58,378 nt of DNA from Octopus bimaculoides (Eukaryota), in NCBI RefSeq assembly GCF_001194135.2, contig NC_068988.1:65110111-65168488 (forward strand), written 5' to 3'. Positions 1-11,869 of this stretch are shown here, piece after piece. Each line of letters begins with the position of its first letter. Within the stretch, counting starts at the first letter, position 1. The position numbers were made by a program, and so were the translations under genes. The notes below the pieces were generated by a model that saw nothing but the letters and a program-made list of their open reading frames with translations, was not told where the DNA came from and ran no database searches.

Positions 1-48
1 CCCATGCTAGCATGGAAAGCGGACGTTAAACGAAGATGATGATGATGA
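1..48 (+). mobile_element. 3' terminus of RTE-clade LINE family A, ending in a (GAT)n tail
   Basis: CCATGCTAGCATGGAAAGCGGACGTTAAACGA(TGA)n. The same terminus follows RTE ORF2 C-terminal sequence at 36115-36941 and 45962-46650. Confidence 0.8.
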
Positions 49-250
49 TCATCATCATCACCATTATCATCATCGTTTAACGTCCACTTTCCATGCTAGC
101 ATGGGTTGGACGATTTGACTGAGGACTAGCGAACCAGATGACTGCACCAGGCTCCAATCTGATCTGGCAGAGTTTCTACAGCTGGATGCCTTTCCTAAAG
201 CCAACCACTCCAAGATTGTAGTGGGTGCTTTTACGTGCCACTGGCACGAG
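49..250 (-). mobile_element. RTE family A 3' UTR fragment
   Basis: (CAT)n-CGTTTAACGTCCACTTTCCATGCTAGCATGGGTTGGACGATTTGACTGAGG, near-identical to copies at 13797, 26281 and 47337. Confidence 0.85.
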
Positions 251-450
251 AAATATTTATATATAAATATATATATATATAATAAAATGGGCTTCATTTA
301 GTTTTTATTTACTAAATGCACTTCAGTCAGCCTGAGAATATAGTAAAAGGCACTTGTCCAAGGTGCCAAACAGCAGGGCTGAACCTGTAGTAATGTTGGG
401 TCACACACACATTTTAGATATCTGTATATATATTATATATTTGGATATGT

Positions 451-640
451 CATCACCATCGTCCTCATTTAACATCTACTGTCAATGTTGATGTAGGTTG
501 GGCAGTTTGACCAGGGCTGGTGGGTAGAGGGTGGCTGCACTAGACTCCACTCTGATTTGGCACGGTTTCTATGGATGGATGCCCTTTCTAATGCCAGCCA
601 CTCAGAGTGTGATGGGTGCTTTTGCATGCTACCAGCACAA
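451..640 (-). mobile_element. Older diverged family A-like 3' UTR fragment
   Basis: Degenerate match to GGATGCCCTTCCTAATGCCAACCACTC and to the (CAT)n tail. Confidence 0.6.
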
Positions 641-1780
641 GCCTCAGTTAAAAAAAAAAAAAAATTAATCCATAGCTGCATAAAAATGTAATTTTGAATA
701 AATTAGAAAAGATTTATAGACAGTTCTTGAGAGTTGTACGAATCGAGCAACAAAGAAAATTTTTCATCAGTTGACATATTTCACACAATGAATTCCAATT
801 TAATCGGAATCTACACAATCTGAACCATATTTGTAGAAAATTTTATTAAGAAATATTTAATTTTCTCAAGGTTATGAAGAAGCAAATCTATGGGGCTCAC
901 TTGTGTAGATATGCTGAAATATTTATGTATATACGTGGATGTATATAAAACTAAGTCTGTAAAAATGTATGTGCGTATGTGTGTATATATTTATATATGT
1001 TTCTGTATGCATTTATACATGTATATGTATAAGTTTCAGAAGGTATTAGAATAATGGAATTAAAGTCAGTCATTATAAGAGATCTCCCAAAAATCTATTT
1101 CCTAAATTATTGGTTCTGACATACATATTTATGCAATTTTGATTTCAAAGTATTTAAAAAATTATCTGGAAATTTTAAGGAGAAAAGAATAGTAGATTCG
1201 AACTGTCCATAATTTAGAACCNNNNNNNNNNNNNNNNNNNNNNNNNNNNNNNNNNNNNNNNNNNNNNNNNNNNNNNNNNNNNNNNNNNNNNNNNNNNNNN
1301 NNNNNNNNNNNNNNNNNNNNNNNNNNNNNNNNNNNNNNNNNNNNNNNNNNNNNNNNNNNNNNNNNNNNNNNNNNNNNNNNNNNNNNNNNNNNNNNNNNNN
1401 NNNNNNNNNNNNNNNNNNNNNNNNNNNNNNNNNNNNNNNNNNNNNNNNNNNNNNNNNNNNNNNNNNNNNNNNNNNNNNNNNNNNNNNNNNNNNNNNNNNN
1501 NNNNNNNNNNNNNNNNNNNNNNNNNNNNNNNNNNNNNNNNNNNNNNNNNNNNNNNNNNNNNNNNNNNNNNNNNNNNNNNNNNNNNNNNNNNNNNNNNNNN
1601 NNNNNNNNNNNNNNNNNNNNNNNNNNNNNNNNNNNNNNNNNNNNNNNNNNNNNNNNNNNNNNNNNNTTTGAGTATACGCTCTTCTACTGAAAGGAACACA
1701 GAAAGAAACAAGGAGAGAAACAAGGAGAAAAAAAATATAAATGTAGTGGTCAGCGATCTATCATGGCATGCATATATATA

Positions 1781-1891
1781 TTGTTGTATTTGGGGATGGT
1801 CATATTGCCAGTTTAGCCAATAAAAACAAATATACAGTGCCTGTGTTTTTATTGGCTAAACTGGCAATATGACCATCCCCAAATACAACAA
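1781..1891. repeat. Perfect 48-bp inverted repeat with 15-nt spacer
   Basis: 1781-1828 TTGTTGTATTTGGGGATGGTCATATTGCCAGTTTAGCCAATAAAAACA is the exact reverse complement of 1844-1891. Confidence 0.95.
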
Positions 1892-1932
1892 CATCTGTTT
1901 CAACACACGATTTCATATCAAAAATCTTGCAA

Positions 1933-1964
<32 letters not shown>

Positions 1965-1968
<4 letters not shown>

Positions 1969-4027
1969 ATGGTGTGCAAAAATCTTAGGCAGTTCCATTT
2001 TCTCTTTGAAATTTGATAATCATTGGAACTTAATGCTGAAATATTTGTTTTTTCTTATATGGTACTAATTTTCTAATATATTATTTCAACATTCATGAAA
2101 AATTCCCAAAATTTTAAAAAAAAAGTTGGTTTCCAGTATTTACCAAAGTTGACCAAATTATGAACCAATTAAAAAATTGTTTCATTTCATTAAACTCACT
2201 TAAATAATAAAACACTTTAACATCAGCTTTAAACATCTTTATGCCAAAAAATGATTGATAATTTCATGTTTATATCTTTAGATTAAAAGCATTTGTAACT
2301 TTACTAATATTCTGATGTTTTTTTTTCAGATATTTCAGAAATTTCTGAATAATATTCTTAGAATGTTTAAAATTTCACTAGAAAATAGACATAAGGTGAT
2401 ATTTCTTTATGAGCAAGGTAATTCTGACAGAAATTTCAAGAAGAACTGGGGTATCTCAATGTGCAATTCAACAGATTATGATGTAGAAGGAAGAAACTGG
2501 AGATGTTGCAGACAAACCAAAAACTGGAAGACCTTCCAAACTCTCAAAAAGTGATTGTAGATATTTAAGGCTATCATCTCTTAGGAATAGGTGCAAGTCT
2601 AGCAAGGAACTCTCCCAAGATCTAACTCAAATTTCAGGTATACAAATTCATCCTTCAACAGTAAGAAGAATCCTCATCAAAAATAAACGTCATGGTAGAG
2701 TAGCAATAGCGAAACTATTACTTAGGAAAAGCAATAAGGCAAAGAGACTCATGTTTGCTACAGAACACAAAAACTGGACACCTCAGCAATGGAAAAATGT
2801 ACTTTGGACTGATGAGCCTAAATTTGAAATTTTTTGTTTGGAACAAAAGCAAGATGTAAAGTGTAGGAATGGCCAAATTTTAACAAAATAAATTACAAAT
2901 AACTTAAAACAAACAAATTACTATTCAATAGGACTAAGAATTCAAAATTCCCTTGGCAAAATATGAATTATATTTTAAAGCTAATTTTAAAGCTTCTTTC
3001 AATTTCTGACTAACAAATTTTCTCACAAGGCTTTGATTTAGAAAATGAGATTGATATGAAACGGTTTATCAGCTAGATTTAGCCTATTACTTGAAATAGA
3101 ATACTGAAAGCTATATAAGAAAAAAATCATTTCTCAGAGCCTTGTTAAAAAAAAAGTTAAAACTGTCTGACCCATGCTATACTGTTTGTATCCCTTAAAC
3201 AGTTGTTTGGGGAGAGTGACAGATCATACAGTTTTAAGGTTCTTTACAAATGAGGGAGAATGATAAATGAGTAAAGTTTAAGGTATTTTAAGATATTTAA
3301 AGGAAATCTGCCTTAAGCATGGTGGAGGTTCCATAAATGTTTGGGGCTAATTATCAGCTAATGGAGTTGGAGATTTGGTCTGAATTGAGGGCAATGTGAA
3401 TGCTGAAAAATTTAGGCAGATTTTAATTCATAATGCTATTCCCTATGGAATGCGACTCATAGGGAATCAGTTCACATATCAGCAAGATAATGAACCCCAA
3501 GCACCCAGCAAATTTAGTAAAAAATTATTTACCAAGCAAAAAAATATGCTGGTGAAATNNNNNNNNNNNNNNNNNNNNNNNNNNNNNNNNNNNNNNNNNN
3601 NNNNNNNNNNNNNNNNNNNNNNNNNNNNNNNNNNNNNNNNNNNNNNNNNNNNNNNNNNNNNNNNNNNNNNNNNNNNNNNNNNNNNNNNNNNNNNNNNNNN
3701 NNNNNNNNNNNNNNNNNNNNNNNNNNNNNNNNNNNNNNNNNNNNNNNNNNNNNNNNNNNNNNNNNNNNNNNNNNNNNNNNNNNNNNNNNNNNNNNNNNNN
3801 NNNNNNNNNNNNNNNNNNNNNNNNNNNNNNNNNNNNNNNNNNNNNNNNNNNNNNNNNNNNACAAATTATTAGCTTTAAAATAAAATTCATGTTTTGCCAA
3901 GGGAATTTTGAATACTCAGTCCTATTAAATAGTCATTTGTTTGTTTGAAGTTATTTGTAATTTATTTTGTTAACTTAATATTGGTTAAAATTTAAAAAAT
4001 ATGAACTAAGTCTTTTGCACACCAGTG
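1965..4027 (+). mobile_element. Decayed Tc1-family DNA transposon
   Basis: TA-CACAATGGTGTGCAAAAATCTTAG at the left end and CTAAGTCTTTTGCACACCAGTG-TA at the right end (imperfect TIRs, TA target duplication). Internal transposase remnants. Confidence 0.9.
2336..3545 (+). pseudogene. Tc1 transposase pseudogene (frameshifts, stops, internal filler at about 2875-3305)
   Basis: Frames give KPKTGRPSKLSKSDCRYL, IHPSTVRRIL, KNWTPQQWKNVLWTDEPKFEIF, then LKHGGGSINVWG and NQFTYQQDNEP. These are typical Tc1 HTH and DDE motifs. Confidence 0.9.
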
Positions 4028-4033
4028 TATATA

Positions 4034-4081
<48 letters not shown>

Positions 4082-4748
4082 GGGCTTCTTTCAATTTCTG
4101 ACTATCAAATTTTCTCACAAGGCTTTGATTTAGAAAATGAGATAGATATCAGCTAGATTTAATCTATTACTTGAAATAGGATACTGAAAGCTATATAAGA
4201 AAAAAAAAAACATTTCTCAAAGCCTCGTTAAGAAAAAATGTATTTAAATGCTAAGAATTCAATGGCTGCAACAAGCTAAAAGTATGAAACACTGCCATAC
4301 CCAAGTTTGAAAATCACTTCAGAAGAGTTGCTAGCTATTAAAAAGAAAAAAAGAAGAGAAAAATTGATCCATCAAATTGGGTAAATATTTAAATTTGCAG
4401 AACTGTCTGACCCATGCTATACTGTTTGTATCTCTTAAACAGTTGTTTGGGGAGAGTGACAGATCATACAGTTTTAAGGTTCTTTACAAATGAGGGAGAA
4501 GGATAAATGAGTAAAGTTTAAGATATTAATATTTAAGTAAAGCAGATAAAGAGAATGTTCAGACATTATATATTTGGACATCCTCATTCATAAAGCTATT
4601 AATGTAATCTTATCCTTGTACAAGGGATAAGGTCACATTAATATATTTAATATTACATATGTTAAATATATATTTGGTATGCATATAATGTATGTATAAT
4701 ATATATCATGTATGTGTAATATAGTATATATGTATAATATATATTAGT

Positions 4749-5118
4749 GGAGGCGCAATGGCCCAGTGGTTAGGGCAGCGGACTTGCGGTCATAGGATCG
4801 TGGTTTCGATTCCCAGACCGGGCGTTGTGAGTGTTTATTGAGCGAAAACACGAGGCTCCGGTAGGGGATGGTGGCGAACCCTGCTGTACTCTTTCACTAC
4901 AACTTTCTCTCACTCTTACTTCCTGTTTCTGTTGTGCCTGTAATTCAAAGGGTCAGCCTTGTCACACTGTGTCACGCTGAATATCCCCAAGAACTACGTT
5001 AAGGGTACATGTGTCAGTGGAGTGCTCAGCCACTTGCACGTTAATTTTATGAGCAGGCTGTTCCGTTGATCGGATCAACTGGAACCCTCGACATCGTAAG
5101 CGACGGAGTGCCAACAAT
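4749..5118 (+). mobile_element. tRNA-derived SINE family B (about 390 bp, (CAA)n tail)
   Basis: A-box TGGCCCAGTGG, B-box GGTTTCGATTCC, 3' end GTAAGCGACGGAGTGCCAACAA. Seven copies in the window. Confidence 0.9.
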
Positions 5119-5562
5119 AATATATATTATGTATGTATAATATATATTATATATGTATGATATATATTATGTATTTATTATATAATTAATAGTGATAGAA
5201 GCAATATTAATATCATGTGGGGACTTCTCATGGTAAATAATACTATATGACTATGGTGCATAAAAACACTCATGGTTATATCGCTGGTGGGCGAGAACCA
5301 AGCACTGCAGCTGCCAGAACAGAGTGATCAGAACTGAGTGGCCTTCCTTGGCCTTGTCAATGGCAGATGTCCAGCTAGACATAACAGCTGATTTCACCAT
5401 TAGTAATATATAAAATCTCAGTGTTGATTTAGGTTGCAAATTGCCAGTGGGCTTATTAAAAATGATTAATAGTTACAGAAGCAGTATTAATACCAAAAGG
5501 TAATATTTATCTTCCATTTAAAGTGGGTTTTGTGTTAGAACACAGCATACTGTGTTATTTAT

Positions 5563-5888
5563 GAAAGCGCATGGCTTGGTGGTTAGAGTATTCGGTTCGT
5601 GATTGTAAAGTCGTGAGTTCAATTCCTGGCAGCATGTTGTTTCCTTGAACAAGACACTTTATTTCATGTTCCTCCAGTCCACTCAGCTGGCAAAAATGAG
5701 TAGTACCTGCATTTCAAAGGGCCAGCCATGTCACACTCTGTGTCATGCTGAATCTCCCTGAGAAGTACATTAAGGGTATATGTGTCTGTGGAGTGCTCAG
5801 CCACTTGCATGTTAATTTCTCGAGCAAGCTGTTCTGTTGATCAGATCAACTGGGACCCTCATCATCGTAATTGATGGAGTGTCAAAAA
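5563..5888 (+). mobile_element. Hybrid SINE: family C head and core with family B 3' half
   Basis: 5' part matches 15011-15155 (CTCCAGTCCACTCAGCTGGCAAAAATGAGTA). From TTTCAAAGGGCCAGCC onward it matches family B. Confidence 0.8.
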
Positions 5889-5969
5889 AACTCCATTGTT
5901 TACCCTGAGGGGAACTCTTGTATGAACTTGTGGTGTATAAAAGTACTCATGCTTATATCAATATATATA

Positions 5970-6219
5970 TCTTTTACTTACTTCAATCACCAGACTATGG
6001 CCATGCTGGAGTACAGCCTTCAAGAGTTTTAGGCAAGTGAATCAGCTCCAGTAGTTATTTGTTTATAAACCTGGTACTTATTTTATTGGTCCCTTTTGCA
6101 GAACTACTTAGCTACAGGGACATAAACAGGCCAACACCGGTTGTCATTTGGTGGTGGTGGACAAATACATACATAAAGACAAACACACATAGATATATAT
6201 GTGTATGTGTATATATACA

Positions 6220-6240
<21 letters not shown>
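5970..6240 (-). mobile_element. Older partial SINE family D copy
   Basis: Degenerate GGCCATGCTGGAG tail and microsatellite-flanking module. A closely similar partial copy lies on the + strand at 7625-7812. Confidence 0.6.
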
Positions 6241-6274
<34 letters not shown>

Positions 6275-6278
<4 letters not shown>

Positions 6279-6484
6279 TTTTACTCTTTTACTTGTTTCA
6301 GTCATTTGACTGCGGCCATGCTGGAGCACTGCCTTTAGTCGAGCAAATCGACTCCAGGACTTATTCGTTGGATGCCTAGTACTTATTCTATCGGACTCTT
6401 TTGCCGAACAGCTAAGTTACGGAGACATAAACACACCAGCATCGGTTGTCAAGCGATGTTGGGGGGACAAACACAGACACACAA

Positions 6485-6542
<58 letters not shown>

Positions 6543-6703
6543 GACAGGCTTCTTTTCAGTTTCTATCTACCAAATCCACTCACAAGGCTTTGGTCGGCCC
6601 GAGGCTTTAGTAGAAGACACTTGCCCAAGGTGCCACGCAGTAGGACTGAACTCGGAACCATGTGGTTGGTAAGCAAGCTACTTACCACACAGCCACTCCT
6701 ACG

Positions 6704-6705
<2 letters not shown>
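6275..6705 (-). mobile_element. SINE family D (tRNA head, CORE-like CTTGGGCAAGT block, internal (TA)n(TG)n), within a (TA)n tract
   Basis: Reverse complement of GGCGTAGGAGTGGCTGTGTGGTAAGTAGC...CACCTTGGGCAAGTGTCTTCTAC...GCATGGCCGCAGTCAAATGACTGAAACAAGTAAAAGAG. (TA)n on both sides. Confidence 0.9.
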
Positions 6706-6735
<30 letters not shown>

Positions 6736-6739
<4 letters not shown>

Positions 6740-6931
6740 AAATCATCATCATCATTTAACATCCATTTTCCATGCTGGAATGGTTTAGCGGGAACTGGTA
6801 AGCTGGAAAGCTGCTCTAAGCTCTAGTCTGTTTGGGCTTGGTTTCTATGGTTGGATGCCCTTCCTAATGCCAACCACTCCACAGTGTGTATGTGTGTACT
6901 GGGTACTTTTTATGTGTCACCAGTATGGATG

Positions 6932-6977
<46 letters not shown>

Positions 6978-7092
6978 GTATGTCCAACACATGCCAGCAT
7001 GGAAAATGGATGTTAAATGATGATGATAGTATGTGTGTGTGTGTGTGTGTATTTGTATTATGCCTGCTTTTTCATGCTGGCATGGATCAAGT
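6736..7092. repeat. Composite of head-to-head family A tails; copy 1 of a local inverted duplication
   Basis: Matches the reverse complement of 9921-10257, including unique junctions (GTCACCAGTATGGATGCC, GTATTATGCCTGCTTTTTCATGCTGG). Confidence 0.9.
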
Positions 7093-7979
7093 GCCAGAAA
7101 GGCGACGCTGGGTACAGGTGCCATCCCCATTTCGCTTTCATTTGCCCCAATAAGTCTAACGATAAAAGCTAACCAGAGAGTAATATCCTAATATTTTATG
7201 TGATACTCACTCCATCAAGTCTTCTGTAACAATAATAATATTATTTTATTAATGTATTCTTTTTTCGCACTGAGGAGAACAGTAATAGGTAATTAATTTA
7301 ATTTTAATTTAATTAATTTCTAATTTTTCTACCATGTTATTTACATGCTAATAATGCTGTTTGAAACAATCGTATGCATGGATTAAATTCTTTTCAAATT
7401 TTTAACATCTTCACTTCTCCATCTTTAACAGTTTGTTGAGTCTCTATAGAATACTTGTTCTATAAATTCTCATAACACACCTTATACTTGTAGCATTTTC
7501 ATATTCACAAAATTCTTACAACAGTAAGCTACCAATGAAATATGAAGAATCTTTATTGGAAATCTACCTTCAGAACCCTCCAAAGTAAAGGATGAAATAG
7601 AACTCAACCTTTTCTCATATACATGTATGTGTGTGTGTTTGTGTCTGTGTGTGTTTGTGTCTGCGTGTGTATGTATATATATATATACATATACATACAC
7701 ACATGTACATATACACACACGTATATATCTATGTGTGTTTGTCTTTGTGTATGTATTTGTCCACCACCACCAAATGACAAAAGGTGTTGGCATGTTTAAG
7801 TCCCTGTAACTGAGTTTTCTCTCATTTTATTCTCTCTGTTTATTTCCTCGTGTTCCTTTCTGTTGAAGAGTGTAGGCTCAAAACATAAAAGACTTTCTCA
7901 CCTTCCTGAGCATCAAACTAATACACATGCTTCTTGTTTATACACTAGTTTTCATTTTTTGTTTTTCTGTAAACTTCAG

Positions 7980-8026
<47 letters not shown>

Positions 8027-9133
8027 TAAATATACACACACACACACACACACATACATACATGTACACACATACACTGGGCTTCTTTCAGTTTCTGTCA
8101 ACTCACAAGAATACACTATAGCAGAATACACTTGTCCAAAGTGTCACGTAGCAGGACTGAACCCAGATCTATGTGGTTTGGAAGCAAACTTCTTACAACA
8201 AAGCCACACCTGCACCAAATGCTAAGAGTTCAATGGTAACAAGCTGAAAGTATGAAAAATTCCCATACCCAAGTTGAAAGTCATTTAAGAAGAGTTGCTA
8301 ACTATTAAAAAAACAAAAAGTATTGATCCATGTGTAAATATTTAAATTTGCAGAACTGTCTGACCTATGCTCCAATGTTTGTATCCATTAATTCGTTGTT
8401 AGGGTAGTGTAGAGTTTTAAGGTTCTTTTCAAATAAAGAAGGATAAATGAACAAAGTTTAAGCAGTTCATGTTTAAGTAAGGTGGGTATAGGTAATGTTC
8501 AGACATTACATATCTGGATATCTTCATTCATGAGGCTATCAATGTGATCCTATCACTGCACCAAAGATAAGACCAGCACCTGAGAAAGTGTATTATAACC
8601 CTGGGCCAAGCAAAGCCCTGTGGGTGGATTTGGTAGACAGGAACTGAAAGAAGCTTTTGTGTGTGTGTGTGTGTGTCTTTGTGAATGTGTTTGTCCTCCA
8701 CCATTGTGTGACGACAAAGAACTGAAAAGATTCTAGACAACTAACTTGGAGAAATTATTGGGACACACTGACAAAGAGATAAAGGCTAACCAGGAAGTAA
8801 TAAAAAACCACATATGAAAAGAGATGAAGAGTGAAACATAAAAAGATGAGACAATAATATTAAAAAAATAATGTTTATTTTAGCTACCATCAAATAAATA
8901 CAATGTGTGTGTATATATACATATATATTTCAATACAGAGCAAATAAGTTATGAAAAAATAATTTGCGAAGATATCATTGACTCTATTATTATCTAGTAT
9001 AACAATTTAAAAATGATAATAACAGAATGAATAATATAGGCGACTGCAAGCCCCCAAAAAAGCATTAAATCCTTCAGCTGTACATGCTTGCATGTATGTA
9101 TGTATGTATATGTATGTATATATATAAAGTGTT

Positions 9134-9212
<79 letters not shown>

Positions 9213-9920
9213 ATATATAAAGTGTTAAATATACATGTACATACATATATTATATACCATATACACACACAGACACACAAACACACACATAGAGTGAACC
9301 GTCATCAATCCAAATTACATTAAGCGAGTGATCAGATAAACTGGAGAAAATGTGAGTTTAGATAGTGACTATCAATGCTGACTTCTGACGTCATATTTGA
9401 GCATCATTGTTGTAGGCGGTGTATGCTCTGGGTCTGATAGTTGGGTGCTACACACCCATTTATGATGCTATATTCTTCATAAATATTAAACTCACTCATA
9501 GTTCATAAAGGGAAATGAATTTTTCCGTCTTCTATAATTTAATATTGTAACACTCCACTCCCTACAGCTAGTTGTATTAAATGTAGTGGGTAGATAATGG
9601 GAGAACGACAAATATAAGAACTGAAGGTGGATAACTTGCCTCTTAAATTACTTAATACTAGAATTCATATATTCTCTCTTCTCAGTTTTTCTTTCTATCT
9701 ATATTCAGCTTGTAACTCATACAAAACTTACTCAGAAATAAAGATTAAGTCAGATCAACATGCCCTAAAATTTGTATGGTTATTTTTTAGTAATTCTCAA
9801 AACACTGTACTTTGGAATAAAAAAAATCCCTTACTTAAAATACAGGTAAAAGTTAGCAATAGGAAGAGTATCCAGTTGTAAAACAATACCTCAATTGTAA
9901 AACAATGCCTAATAAATATT

Positions 9921-10026
9921 CACTTAATCCATGCCAGCATGAAAAAGCAGGCATAATACAAATACACACACATACACACATATTATCACCATCATTTAAC
10001 ATCCATTTTCCATGCTGGCACGTGTT

Positions 10027-10062
<36 letters not shown>

Positions 10063-10257
10063 CATCCATACTGGTGACACGTAAAAAGTACCCAGTACAC
10101 ACGTACACACTGTGGAGTGGTTGGCATTAGGAAGGGCATCCAACCATAGAAACCAAGCCCAAACAGACTAGAGCTTAGAGCAGCTTTCCAGCTTACCAGT
10201 TCCCTCTAAGCCATTCCAGCATGGAAAATGGATGTTAAATGATGATGATGATTTTAT
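9921..10257. repeat. Copy 2 (inverted) of 6736-7092; runs into an assembly gap
   Basis: Same sequence in reverse complement with scattered substitutions, several at CpG/TpG sites. Confidence 0.9.
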
Positions 10258-10615
10258 NNNNNNNNNNNNNNNNNNNNNNNNNNNNNNNNNNNNNNNNNNN
10301 NNNNNNNNNNNNNNNNNNNNNNNNNNNNNNNNNNNNNNNNNNNNNNNNNNNNNNNNNNNNNNNNNNNNNNNNNNNNNNNNNNNNNNNNNNNNNNNNNNNN
10401 NNNNNNNNNNNNNNNNNNNNNNNNNNNNNNNNNNNNNNNNNNNNNNNNNNNNNNNNNNNNNNNNNNNNNNNNNNNNNNNNNNNNNNNNNNNNNNNNNNNN
10501 NNNNNNNNNNNNNNNNNNNNNNNNNNNNNNNNNNNNNNNNNNNNNNNNNNNNNNNNNNNNNNNNNNNNNNNNNNNNNNNNNNNNNNNNNNNNNNNNNNNN
10601 NNNNNNNNNNNNNNN

Positions 10616-10666
<51 letters not shown>

Positions 10667-11089
10667 TATACATATGTTGGTTCTAATTTACTTGTTAATA
10701 ATTTAGTATGATTCTTACTTTCAAAATTTACGACTCTAAAATAACAAGTAGCTCAAATTTAAGTTAAACTTGCATATTTTCCAGAGAAGTAGCATTATCT
10801 GCTACCAGTAGCCCACATTCTGACCAGATTAATGACAGAGTGCAATGAGTAAGCCAGTTTCAAATCTCATTTGGAACAATTTCACATATTATATCATTAA
10901 TTCTCTTAAGAAAGACATGTATATCTCAAGTACTTATTTTCCATCTCATTTAAATTTGTGGAAAAACATTGATCATAGAGTGATGAAGGTCTATCATCTC
11001 AAATCTGAAGAATAATAAATCTGGAATTTGAAGGGTTGTTTTGCCGTTTGTACCTTTCTCAAGGACACTAATCTTTTCTACTGAAGGCA

Positions 11090-11280
11090 CAAGTTCTGAA
11101 ATTTTAAGGGAGAGGAACTAGTGAATTATATCAACCTGAGAGCTCAACTGGTATTTATTTCATCAACTCCAAAAGGATGAAAGGCAAAGCTGACCTCAGT
11201 GCATTTAGAATGTGAGGAAAGGCAACATACTGCTAAGCATTTTGCCCACCATGCTAATGATTCTGCCAGTTCCCCACTCT
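11090..11280 (-). mobile_element. SINE family E (Deu/Nin-domain-like)
   Basis: Reverse complement contains GCCTTTCATCCTTTTGG...GATGAAATAAATACCAG, resembling the Deu/Nin conserved domain. Confidence 0.7.
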
Positions 11281-11384
11281 TCTCAAGGACATTGATTACA
11301 AAGTAAAGTACTTCTAATTAGCAACAGAAGTTAAGTTTTAGGCGTTATTTTTATTGAGTGTGTACTGCTGTGTCATGCCCCTGC

Positions 11385-11831
11385 CAGACACAAGATGCCC
11401 ACAAAATATCCAGCAGAGCAGATGCTCATGAAGTATCAACCAAATACCTAATGCTCACTAGTCACCCACCAGACACCAGATACTCACAAGGTATCCACCA
11501 GACACTAGATGCTAACAAGGTACCCACCAGACACCAGATGCTCATAAGGTACCTAAGTGGCACTAAATGCTAACAAGGTATCCACAAGACATTAAATGCT
11601 TAGAAGGGACCCAACAGACACTGGATGCTCACAAGGTACCCAAAAGATACTAAATGCTTACAAGGTATCAACTAGATACTAAATGGTGTGGTAAGTAGCT
11701 TGCTTACCAACCACATGGTTCCGGGTTCAGTCCCACTGCGTGGCATCTTGGGCAAGTGTCTTCTACTATAGCCTCGGGCCGACCAAAGCCTTGTGAGTGG
11801 ATTTGGTAGACGGAAACTGAAAGAAACCCGT

Positions 11832-11869
<38 letters not shown>

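Noticed and set aside
4749-4825. tRNA-like A/B boxes at the heads of SINE families B, C, D and E
   Set aside because: They continue into SINE bodies and are multi-copy with TSDs, so they were not called as tRNA genes.
7211-7223. Possible 13-nt microexon on the minus strand (ttacag|AAGACTTGATGGA|gtgagt)
   Set aside because: Splice signals are good, but it is too short to distinguish from chance without RNA data.
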